Below, in pieces: positions 8,604 through 17,489 of a stretch of 37,776 bases of DNA. Position numbers and translations under genes: made by a program. Under the pieces are notes generated by a model. That model ran no database searches. It worked only from the letters and a program-made list of their open reading frames with translations, and had not been told where the DNA came from. The stretch comes from Peptococcales bacterium (GTDB lineage: Bacteria; Bacillota; Peptococcia; Peptococcales; BICA1-8), in contig JBMNUR010000003.1 of the NCBI GenBank assembly GCA_050946395.1, positions 1-37,776 of the forward strand, read 5' to 3'. Numbering within the stretch: the first letter of the stretch is position 1; the number at the start of each line of letters is the position of its first letter.

Positions 8604-10436
8604 TTAATTTGTAATACATACCCCGTTTTCGCTGGGGTTTAGATAATATGAGAATACTATCAGCCCATCAGCTAAAACCCCTAAAATCTGAATCGGAGCA
8701 GCTTTTACTGCTACTTTATTGGTTTCTACCTCTAGGGAATTTAAATCAAGGCGATTCAAATAATACATGCTTTGCGCATTATCACTTGTGTCATATTTTG
8801 TTGTGATAAAGGCTGCATAGTTTTGCCCGATATAACAATATTCCGGTAAGCGAATATATCCTGTATCACCAACCTCTTCGATAAATATCTCTTTTACTGT
8901 ACCTTTCTTGAAATCTAAATAGAGTGTTTTGTTTTCACCAATTTGTTTTTCTTCATTATTAATATAAGCATTTACTTCTAAGAGCCCGGTATCATAACGA
9001 ATAAAACCGGTAGAAGAAGCTTCCGCGCTTATCCCATAAGACTTTGAGCTGCCATCTTCCAAGTCACATAGGGTATACCCCATAGTAGATTCATAGCCAG
9101 TCATGGTAGTGATGACCTTCCGGTCATTATCGACGAATCTGGGGTTTGAATGAAAGGAACTATTAATCAACTCACTACCTTCTATGGGAACTGTTGATGA
9201 GAGCAGTACTTCACTATTTTCGGCAATGTTAAAAAGTTTAACTCCTATCTCATCGGCATATGCAATTCTATTAAGATCTTTGGATATATCATAACCACCA
9301 AAGTAAATATCCGGCATACCAAAATTATCGTATTTGGGTTCCCGTTCAATTGTTTTCTTGATTGTTTCCGGCAGGAGCATCTCCTGGGACTGTTTAAGAC
9401 TTTTATCAAAGAGAATTATTTTATCCTTTAAACGGACCACTATTTTATCTCCTGACATATTAATATCCGAAAATGCCAAGTTAGTATCCAGGTCAAGCTT
9501 TTTTTCCACCTGCATTGTATCCAAGTTAACCAATAGTAAAGCAGCATCCTTCTTTTTACCATAGGACAATTTGGCCATAATCAACCGGTTATTATCCTCT
9601 CCCAGCATGGAAAGTTCTTCATAATAACCATCAAAACCTTCAATTTTGGCAAAGTGTTGATAATCACCGGTAATGCTAACCAGATGATTATTTATGTATT
9701 CCCAGCGACCATCTTTAAAATATAGGCTGCTGTCTGGGCGCTCTTTCAAGGTAAAGGTCTTAGTTAATTCTACACGGCGGGTCTGATAAGTATCATAGCT
9801 TACCATTACAGCCGTGATGGAGCCATCCTTATTTCGCGTTACTTTATCTAAGTGGATGCCCCAAGAATTGTTATCAGTATAAGAGGGGCGCTTCTGCTCG
9901 GAACCTAAATTGAACAAAAAGGCCTGTTTTTCGGAATCATAGTAATTATCCTCTATCTTTGTGACATCAAGGCTGTCCAGATTAAAATAACGGTTGGCAT
10001 ACTTAAGAACAAGGTCTAGAGGAAATAGCCGTAAAGAACTATCTTTACGGGCTAACTCTAGACTATCCTTGCCGTGTTCCGCAACATATTTAAACCAACT
10101 GAACTCTGCCACATTGAGTGGGTTAATTTCCTCAGGGGAGTTGAACTCTCGGGTGTTTCCTATTGTGGTAATGGAATCATAAAAATACTCCTGCCAAAGC
10201 TTCTCCAGCTCTACAGGGTCAGTTATATCACCATACTCACGCTCTACTACCTCTGGATTGGTATTATCAACAGAATCTAAGGTTTCCTCTTGTTTTGTGG
10301 TTTCCCGTTCCTCTTCATGTTTAAGGCTTTCTGGATTTTGTACCTGTAGGGGAACATTTGATTGTTTATTACATCCTACAACAACTATAAACAGTAACAT
10401 AGCCAATACAAGCACTATATTCTTCTTAATCTTCAT
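8604..10436 (-). CDS. Large lipoprotein of unknown function; C-terminal half beta-propeller-like
   Basis: Signal peptide MKIKKNIVLVLAMLLFIVVVG-C (lipobox), acidic linker, repeated beta-strand patterns. Start re-placed at 10436. Confidence 0.7.
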   Translation of the reverse strand: MKIKKNIVLVLAMLLFIVVVGCNKQSNVPLQVQNPESLKHEEERETTKQEETLDSVDNTNPEVVEREYGDITDPVELEKLWQEYFYDSITTIGNTREFNSPEEINPLNVAEFSWFKYVAEHGKDSLELARKDSSLRLFPLDLVLKYANRYFNLDSLDVTKIEDNYYDSEKQAFLFNLGSEQKRPSYTDNNSWGIHLDKVTRNKDGSITAVMVSYDTYQTRRVELTKTFTLKERPDSSLYFKDGRWEYINNHLVSITGDYQHFAKIEGFDGYYEELSMLGEDNNRLIMAKLSYGKKKDAALLLVNLDTMQVEKKLDLDTNLAFSDINMSGDKIVVRLKDKIILFDKSLKQSQEMLLPETIKKTIEREPKYDNFGMPDIYFGGYDISKDLNRIAYADEIGVKLFNIAENSEVLLSSTVPIEGSELINSSFHSNPRFVDNDRKVITTMTGYESTMGYTLCDLEDGSSKSYGISAEASSTGFIRYDTGLLEVNAYINNEEKQIGENKTLYLDFKKGTVKEIFIEEVGDTGYIRLPEYCYIGQNYAAFITTKYDTSDNAQSMYYLNRLDLNSLEVETNKVAVKAAPIQILGVLADGLIVFSYYLNPSENGVCITN

Positions 10437-10606
10437 AATACAACACCTGCTTAACAATAGAATTTATCACTAGGGCTAACTTTTACTTCATCAACTTTTA
10501 TTCTATAAAATTTTCGATTACCCTCTAATACTTAACCGGGAAGGTTTATTAACAGTAACAACATTTCTAATATTTCACGAATAGATTAAGCTGATTTCTA
10601 AATATA

Positions 10607-10717
10607 TTATTTGATTAATACCTTGACCGTCATCGGAAAATGGTCGGAAAAATTGAGGCAATCAACATGATATTCTACAACCTTTATGGATGAGGAGATG
10701 AAAATATAATCTATTCG
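10607..10717 (-). pseudogene. Relic 3' end of an endonuclease/exonuclease/phosphatase (EEP) family gene
   Basis: Translates RIDYIFISSSIKVVEYHVDCLNFSDHFPMTVKVLIK*, containing the EEP hallmark RIDYIF and SDHxP motifs. In-frame TAA directly upstream. Confidence 0.75.
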
Positions 10718-10790
10718 TTAATTTTAAATAATAACTATCTGTAATTATAAATCCTCCAATTTTTAAATGCTTAATCACTTTATTTGCTCA

Positions 10791-10805
10791 AGGTCTATAT
10801 GACCT
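10791..10805. promoter_or_regulatory. Palindromic candidate operator upstream of the DUF2157 operon
   Basis: AGGTC-TATAT-GACCT, about 45 nt before the start codon. Confidence 0.4.
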
Positions 10806-10848
10806 AGGCCCTTTTCTGATAAAATAGATACAAGAAAAAAATAAAGGG

Positions 10849-11937
10849 GTGAATAACCTGGGAAAAAGACAAATAAAGAAAGACCAGTTTAACTTTCTTA
10901 AACGAGAGTTAGAGCATTTCTCTACTAATCAAGTTATCAGCAAGGAAACCCTCGATTCAATGTTGTTAGAATATGAGGTTAAGAGCAGCAGCCTAAACTT
11001 TATAAGAATCATCCTCACATTGGGTGCAGTGTTATTAGGCTTGGGAATACTAAGCTTTATTGCCTCGAATTGGCAGGAGCTAAGCAAATTATCTAAGTTT
11101 ATTCTGCTGCTTTGTATCTACTTAGCAACAAACTTAAGTGGTTATAAGCTTTCGGAAAGTTACCCCAAAACAGGTATAAGTCTAATTTACCTTGGAGTAT
11201 TGACTTATGGTGCGGCAATTTTTTTAATAGGACAAATTTTTAATTTTAGCGGCCATTTTAGCTTGGCATTTCTCCTATGGGGGATTGGCATTCTGCCGTT
11301 AGGTGTACTATTAAAAGATAAGTTGATTTTTATTTTTACCCACTTTTTACTGCTTGTATATATTAATGGTAATCTGCCAATCGATGGGCTTCCACTTATC
11401 ATGCTGGTCCTAAGCCCAGGGCTATATTACCTTAATAAAATCATGGATAACTTCAGATTAGGTACTTTTTGTAATAACTTAGTTATGTTAAACACCATCG
11501 GTTACTTTGCCTATTATCTTGATATAGAAAGCCTAGCTATTAAAGTAATGTTTTTAATCGTCGGAATAGTAATGTTTTTAAAACCCGTCGGAATAAATCA
11601 AGAAATTACAAAATTGCAAGGAAACATTGTCATTGGTGTATCTGGTATTCTTCTTACCTTCAGAGATACTTGGGATGTCATTCATTTTGATTATAGAATA
11701 TTAGCTAGCCTTATCTTTACTTTAATTTTTTTAATATTTTTATTTACCACTGTAAAAAAAGGCAGTTTAATCTCTCTGGTTTTTATCTGTATTACTATTT
11801 TCAGGTTTTATTTTGATACCTTATATAATTTTATGCCAAAATCTATTTTCTTTATACTTGGAGGAATCTTGCTATTAGGTTTCGGGTACTATTTTGAAAA
11901 GTTAAGGAAAAAGGGGGTTACTATCGGTGAAAAATAA
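10849..11937 (+). CDS. DUF2157 membrane protein
   Basis: LGAVLLGLGILSFIASNW and YGAAIFLIGQIFN motifs; paired with a GDYXXLXY gene. Confidence 0.85.
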   Translation: MNNLGKRQIKKDQFNFLKRELEHFSTNQVISKETLDSMLLEYEVKSSSLNFIRIILTLGAVLLGLGILSFIASNWQELSKLSKFILLLCIYLATNLSGYKLSESYPKTGISLIYLGVLTYGAAIFLIGQIFNFSGHFSLAFLLWGIGILPLGVLLKDKLIFIFTHFLLLVYINGNLPIDGLPLIMLVLSPGLYYLNKIMDNFRLGTFCNNLVMLNTIGYFAYYLDIESLAIKVMFLIVGIVMFLKPVGINQEITKLQGNIVIGVSGILLTFRDTWDVIHFDYRILASLIFTLIFLIFLFTTVKKGSLISLVFICITIFRFYFDTLYNFMPKSIFFILGGILLLGFGYYFEKLRKKGVTIGEK

Positions 11938-12484
11938 AAATGGTTTTTTGATAGCTATGGTAATCCCGGTTTTTATCCTTCTTGGGATGGCTGTACAGCC
12001 TTTATTAACCCTATTTTGGGGGCAAGAAATATTATTAGAGACCCGACCTTTTGACCCCCGGGATATTTTTCGAGGTGACTATGTTAACCTTTCCTATCAG
12101 ATAGAGGAGGTACCTATCGAAAAGTTCCCTGCCAAATTATTAAGTTTGTCAGAAAACACCAACGAAAAAACCGACTATAGAAAAGTTCAAAAAGTATATG
12201 GGGTCTTAAAAGAGACAAATGGATATATGGTTATAGATTATATTACTTTGGAAAAACCTAAGGATAAGATCTTTATAAAAGGAAATTTGCCTGTGTACAA
12301 TGCTTTTCTCTATCGAGACAAAAACTCAAACTACCCCGTATTCGTAAACTTTGGCTTAGATAAATACTTTGTTCCTGAAAACACAGGGACCGAATTGGAA
12401 GATGCCTCACGCCAAGGGAAAATTGCTGCCCGAGTCAAAGTGTACAATGGCTATGCTTTATTAGTTGGATTATCAATTCAATAG
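11927..12484 (+). CDS. GDYXXLXY domain protein
   Basis: PFDPRDIFRGDYVNLSY and YFVPE motifs, N-terminal TM segment. Confidence 0.9.
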   Translation: MKNKNGFLIAMVIPVFILLGMAVQPLLTLFWGQEILLETRPFDPRDIFRGDYVNLSYQIEEVPIEKFPAKLLSLSENTNEKTDYRKVQKVYGVLKETNGYMVIDYITLEKPKDKIFIKGNLPVYNAFLYRDKNSNYPVFVNFGLDKYFVPENTGTELEDASRQGKIAARVKVYNGYALLVGLSIQ

Positions 12485-12492
12485 CAGAAACA

Positions 12493-12519
12493 TGCCCCCT
12501 TTCGATAATAAAGGGGGCA
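12493..12519. terminator. Hairpin between convergent genes
   Basis: TGCCCCCTTT-N7-AAAGGGGGCA. Confidence 0.7.
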
Positions 12520-12525
12520 ATTTCG

Positions 12526-13599
12526 TCACTCATATGCCCACTCTGATGATGTACAATCTATACAGATCTCTTTAAATGCTTTCTGTATAACCTGCTTATG
12601 TAAATCAGAAAACCAAATCTCCCTCAGTGTTTGAGTATTAAAGTCTCCAAACACATAGCCAAAATTATAATCGCTACAGCATAAGAAAGCTTGACCCACG
12701 CTATTCACATGAAGCCAGCCAAAAACTCTTCCTCCTACCTCAAAACCATTATGACAGCCGATAACAACTTTTTTATCCTTTTTAAGATGAATATCTATTG
12801 CTCTCTTGTTGGACATTATCCCTGCCCTATCCAGCAGGCCGGCTCTGTCTATAAGACTGGGAACAGTATAAATATTTACTCCGGGAAAATGACTTTTAGC
12901 CAGATTCTCCTGGGTCTTCAGTTCTCCATATTGGGGATCCAGATCAATATCCTGGGGAAATTTTTGACCCCTTTCAAGCCAACCTCCATTTTCAATAAAA
13001 CTATTTTTGTTAACACCATTTATTTGTATCGAAAATTGCCGGGAAGCTACCATGTCTGGCAGCCTTTGTACAGCATATTTAATATTATCTATTAATTTGC
13101 TAAAAATTTTATTATTCATTCCAGTTCTTTTAGTCCATGTTTCTTCATCAAAGGCAGGGATATTTAAACAAATACCTGTAACTACATCTTCATATTGGGT
13201 TATGATGTCGGTTTTTTCACGTGTTAACGGTACACCATTGGACAATATTATTGTCTTGATATTAAATTCTCGCAGTAAATCAAGCATATCCTTAAAGTAT
13301 TTATACAGCAGTATCTCATTATAATGGCCTGTATAGATAAAATTAAAGTTTTCACTGACTATACCGTTATCTTGGTTTTTTTCTTCAACCAAATCAGAAA
13401 TTATTTTTCGCAATAAATCAATCGGCATATGCTTTACAGCATACCTAGGATTAGGTATATAAGCTACAGGACAGTACCAACATTTTGAATTGCAGTAACT
13501 GAATGGATCAATTTGAGCCATAGTTATTTTGTGATGTTGAAGTTTTTTTGAAATATTATCAGTTGTTTCGTTATCTAAATTACTATTTCCAAAATCCAC
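12526..13599 (-). CDS. Radical SAM protein with SPASM/twitch-type C-terminus
   Basis: CNSKCWYC (CxxxCxxC), ILSNG, C-terminal GC...LCCSDY...GD...LREIW...CIDC. Confidence 0.88.
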   Translation of the reverse strand: MDFGNSNLDNETTDNISKKLQHHKITMAQIDPFSYCNSKCWYCPVAYIPNPRYAVKHMPIDLLRKIISDLVEEKNQDNGIVSENFNFIYTGHYNEILLYKYFKDMLDLLREFNIKTIILSNGVPLTREKTDIITQYEDVVTGICLNIPAFDEETWTKRTGMNNKIFSKLIDNIKYAVQRLPDMVASRQFSIQINGVNKNSFIENGGWLERGQKFPQDIDLDPQYGELKTQENLAKSHFPGVNIYTVPSLIDRAGLLDRAGIMSNKRAIDIHLKKDKKVVIGCHNGFEVGGRVFGWLHVNSVGQAFLCCSDYNFGYVFGDFNTQTLREIWFSDLHKQVIQKAFKEICIDCTSSEWAYE

Positions 13600-13722
13600 A
13601 ATAACACCTCACTGTTCATGTGAAACCCTAACTGTTAACTCACTATCATTATATATTTGACCGACAGACAAAGTGACAATTGAGTTTATGGAAAAGAGAT
13701 GTAGTTGAAAAATTATGATTGT

Positions 13723-13762
13723 AAAAAAAATCCCCCTCAATAATTCTTTGAAGAGGATTTTT
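13723..13762 (-). terminator. Intrinsic terminator after the DASS transporter
   Basis: A8-TCCCCCTCAA...TTGAAGAGGATTTTT. Confidence 0.6.
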
Positions 13763-13816
13763 ATATAACTTTCACAGTAAGGTACACACTTTATTACGCT
13801 TTTATACTTAGAACTC

Positions 13817-15289
13817 TTAGAACATAACCGAACCTAATAATAGAGTAACACAAGCGATTGTTACATAAGCAACAACCACGAAAATTAATGATAACTTTGC
13901 AATTTCATTAGACTTAATCCATTCGTTTCCGTGTAATAATGCTGCGCTGGAGCTGGCAGCCGGAGTTAAAAATGCACAATGGACAAGTATAGTAACAATG
14001 ATAACTGAAATTTCCGGGGGTAAACCCATAGAAACAGATAATGCATAACATACAGGCATAAGGGCCACACCAACAGCACCGTTATTAATGAAGTTTGTTA
14101 TTACAACGGCTATAGCCCCCATTACTAGGATAAAGAAGACCGCCGATTTCCCAGCAAATATTGGGTCTAGTGTACTAATAATCATTTTAACAATCCCTGT
14201 CGACTCATTTGTCATTGCACCTGCAAGGGGCTGAACAACTGCAAGTAATAAGATAATACCCCAGGCAACACCAGTGTCTACCATTTTCTTGAAATTAAGT
14301 AGTGGTTTGCCATCTATTTTTAAAAAGCACATAATTGCTACAATTAAAACGCATACTCCTGTACTACCTATTTTATTTAAAAAGACTGTAAAAAATAATC
14401 CCTTTGGTAAAAAGGTTGGTAAAACTAAGAGAATGACTAAGAGGGCTAAAAAGAACATTATGATTTTCTGTATTTTATTTAATACTAATTCGTCTTTAAT
14501 ATTTAAAGCTTCCAAGTCAATTTTTTTAAGTTTCTCCACATCAGGTTTTAGAATATATTTGCATACAATAATGAACGCTAATGATAAAAATATACATGTA
14601 AGAACTGAAATCAACATATAATTGCCATAATTGATACCCTGCCCCGACATAGTTTCATAGGCACCTAGTACAGTTAAAGGAACTTGCTTAAAAGGTATCA
14701 TTGACATACCAATTTGGGCAGCAAACAATATTCCAAAAATCATTATAGTTGGATAATCGTCACCTTTTTTATAACCAACCACATCACAAATACCATATAA
14801 TATACTCCAGCCAATAATTGCCGCAGGTGAAGCACTGGTTAAACCACCCAAAATGAATATTGAAATAAGAAAGGCGAAAGTAAACATCCAAGGTTTACCT
14901 AATACAAATTTTCTGGAAATAAACCATAAAGAAATATATTTTGATAATCCATAATAGCTTATGGTAGCACAAAAAACAAATATAAAAAACATCATTTGAA
15001 CTACAGGGTCACCAAAGCTAGCATTAAACATAGCCTTAGCATTCATATAACCACTTAGTGGAAGGGCAAGTAAACAGATTAAACTGGGCCAAATTAAGCC
15101 AATAAATATCCATCCGTATAATGCCCCTAGGAATATTCCCAAAATTTTCATTCCCATTTCTGTTACCGTGCTAAAGGTAGGTAAATAACCAAATCCGAAG
15201 GTAATAATTAGAAAAATAAGTGTATGCAAATAATATACTGTTTCTTTCTTCGATTGAGGTTTAATGTTTTGTTGAGTTGAAATGGCCAT
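13817..15289 (-). CDS. SLC13/DASS family anion (dicarboxylate/sulfate-type) transporter
   Basis: 490 aa polytopic membrane protein, TNFINN and FLTPAAS hairpin-like motifs. Confidence 0.8.
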   Translation of the reverse strand: MAISTQQNIKPQSKKETVYYLHTLIFLIITFGFGYLPTFSTVTEMGMKILGIFLGALYGWIFIGLIWPSLICLLALPLSGYMNAKAMFNASFGDPVVQMMFFIFVFCATISYYGLSKYISLWFISRKFVLGKPWMFTFAFLISIFILGGLTSASPAAIIGWSILYGICDVVGYKKGDDYPTIMIFGILFAAQIGMSMIPFKQVPLTVLGAYETMSGQGINYGNYMLISVLTCIFLSLAFIIVCKYILKPDVEKLKKIDLEALNIKDELVLNKIQKIIMFFLALLVILLVLPTFLPKGLFFTVFLNKIGSTGVCVLIVAIMCFLKIDGKPLLNFKKMVDTGVAWGIILLLAVVQPLAGAMTNESTGIVKMIISTLDPIFAGKSAVFFILVMGAIAVVITNFINNGAVGVALMPVCYALSVSMGLPPEISVIIVTILVHCAFLTPAASSSAALLHGNEWIKSNEIAKLSLIFVVVAYVTIACVTLLLGSVMF

Positions 15290-15336
15290 AAATTAATCCT
15301 CCTTAAATATAGTTTATTATTTTGGAAACCAATCCA

Positions 15337-17067
15337 CTAATTCTTATAAAAGGTAAAATTATCTGAATAGTATTTTTCAATTTTATATTTATATTTATCT
15401 ACCGGGACGGGTTTTTGGCTGAATGAAATATTACCATCTTCATTCATTTTAGCTATAATCCAGCATAGGAATTTTTTATCATCGCGTCCTGGATAATCTA
15501 CCCTATAATGGCCTGCTCTCGATTCTTTACGTTCTAACGAAGCTTTAAGATATAATTCAGTAATAAACGCAATAGTCTTTACTTCTATTAATTTAAGTAA
15601 GTAATGAGGATCTTTAGCAGACATTCTAGGCAATAAATCTGTTTTTACTTTTTCTAAACCAGCCAGAGCCTTGGTTAATGCTTCCTCATTTTTAATTATT
15701 GCAACCTCAGGATTAAATACCAACTCTTGGATAATCCTTAGAACCTCTTTTGGAGTAAGCCCATTTCCGTTTATTAAAGCAAATAAATCCTTTTTATGTG
15801 CCTCAACTTCATTAAAATCAATTTCCGGTGTAAAACTGTCAGAGGAATTAATGTATCTAACAACTTCCTCACCGGCAAGGTAACCTCCCACAGCCGTTGT
15901 ACTAAGTGCAAAACCTCCCATATATACACCTGGGTCAATATATCGAGCATTGCCTGCTGCAAATAGCCCTTCAATTGAAGTTCTGCCATGTAAATCAGCA
16001 ACTATGCCACCAAAGCTAACTGTCAGTTGGGGATTCCACTCTGTATTATCTTTAAATAAATCTATTCCAAGATCTACAAGCTTTTTGTAGTTCATAAGCT
16101 GCCATCCGGTTTGAGGCTTAAGGAGTTGCATGTCTTCAGGATTAACACGACTAACATCCAAAATAAACGGTCCTCTTCCTGCTTTTTCTTCCAGAGCCAT
16201 AGCAATAGTCGTAAAATGCGGATCAGTATTGGCACCTAAAACCGGTGAATATTTATCCATTAAGGGCTCCCCTACACCGTTAATAAACCGTGCACCAAGG
16301 GGAAAAAGTGCAGTTTGTCCTTCAAAACCAAACAATTTTGGTACATTCCAAACTCTTCCAAATTCAAAATTACAAAGTTCTGCTCCCGCCCTGAATGCTA
16401 AGTCTGCGCCTTCACCCGCAGTTGTATTCTTACCATATGATGTTTTCCAACCTGTCAGTCCTGTGGCCAGTATTACTGCTTTGGCTTTAATTATGTAAAA
16501 ATCGCCATTAATTGTATCAAATCCGACCGCACCAATTACTTTACCCTCTTTTTTTAATAAATCGGTAATGAGTGTTCTCCCTATCCGTTTAACCCCTCTG
16601 CTGTGTACTTCTTTAACAAGGTTTTGAACCATTTCTGCACCGCCCCTGCCTTTATATTTAGCAGGATAGAGTTTTATATGATTCAAACCTCTTTGGGGTA
16701 TACCTTTTAGAGTACCGTCAGGCTTCCTTAAAAATTGGCACCCTAATCTTTCATAATCTTGAAGACGATCATAGGATTTTTTTAATAATCCTTCTACTAA
16801 TTCTTGATCACAAAGGCCATCGTAATAATAAACTAAATCTTTAACCCAATCTTCAACATTTTCATCGGGAAGAACTGCCTCAAAATCTCCCCCTGAAATA
16901 GACATCAAGCCACCCCAATCAACAGGGCCTTTATCAACGATTAATACTTCAAGGTTTTCATCCAGTTCTTTTGCTCTGTTTGCAGCCCATAAACCAGCTG
17001 AACCACCACCAATAATTAAAATATCTATATTATCCAATAGAATATCTTTATTTTTATCGGCTTTCAT
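15337..17067 (-). CDS. FAD-binding flavoprotein, SdhA/FrdA/AprA superfamily (paralog 1)
   Basis: IIGGGSAG, ILATG, GLFAAG, ERKESRAGHYRVDYP; no RSHT or FHPT motifs. Confidence 0.85.
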   Translation of the reverse strand: MKADKNKDILLDNIDILIIGGGSAGLWAANRAKELDENLEVLIVDKGPVDWGGLMSISGGDFEAVLPDENVEDWVKDLVYYYDGLCDQELVEGLLKKSYDRLQDYERLGCQFLRKPDGTLKGIPQRGLNHIKLYPAKYKGRGGAEMVQNLVKEVHSRGVKRIGRTLITDLLKKEGKVIGAVGFDTINGDFYIIKAKAVILATGLTGWKTSYGKNTTAGEGADLAFRAGAELCNFEFGRVWNVPKLFGFEGQTALFPLGARFINGVGEPLMDKYSPVLGANTDPHFTTIAMALEEKAGRGPFILDVSRVNPEDMQLLKPQTGWQLMNYKKLVDLGIDLFKDNTEWNPQLTVSFGGIVADLHGRTSIEGLFAAGNARYIDPGVYMGGFALSTTAVGGYLAGEEVVRYINSSDSFTPEIDFNEVEAHKKDLFALINGNGLTPKEVLRIIQELVFNPEVAIIKNEEALTKALAGLEKVKTDLLPRMSAKDPHYLLKLIEVKTIAFITELYLKASLERKESRAGHYRVDYPGRDDKKFLCWIIAKMNEDGNISFSQKPVPVDKYKYKIEKYYSDNFTFYKN

Positions 17068-17091
17068 TTGATCACTCCCAATACAGAATTT

Positions 17092-17301
17092 TCAGTATAC
17101 CCAAGGTAAAATTTCTTTAAAAGGATGAACATAAACAGCTCCATGTGGACACACTAATTCGCACAAATAACAGGTCATACAATCATCCGGATAAGCGATA
17201 TATGCTTTCTTTTCATCATTCATTCTGATTGCATCTAACGGACAGCGCTTCGCACAAACTCCACATCCTTGACATTTTTCCGTATCTATGTACTTAATCA
17301 T
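17092..17301 (-). CDS. 2x[4Fe-4S] ferredoxin, AprB/AsfB-like
   Basis: CQGCGVCAKRCP and CMTCYLCELVCP. Confidence 0.9.
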   Translation of the reverse strand: MIKYIDTEKCQGCGVCAKRCPLDAIRMNDEKKAYIAYPDDCMTCYLCELVCPHGAVYVHPFKEILPWVY

Positions 17302-17418
17302 TTCTTATTCCACCTCCGTTTTACTCTAACTCTTTTCAAGTTAATGTTCTCCCTTTCACATATGGAATTATAAATATATTCCTTTTTATAATTAATAACC
17401 GGCGAAAAAAGATGAGTA

Positions 17419-17445
17419 AATAATGGGCGTAAAACACCCATTATT
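17419..17445 (-). terminator. Hairpin between the two flavoprotein modules
   Basis: AATAATGGGCGT-AAA-ACACCCATTATT. Confidence 0.5.
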
Positions 17446-17489
17446 TTAATAAAAATACACTCTACTTTGAGAATAATTTAGTAATAAAA

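Noticed and set aside
13600-13816. RiPP precursor peptide or sporulation promoter for the radical SAM gene
   Set aside because: No RBS-led small ORF found; only a weak sigma-K-like match.
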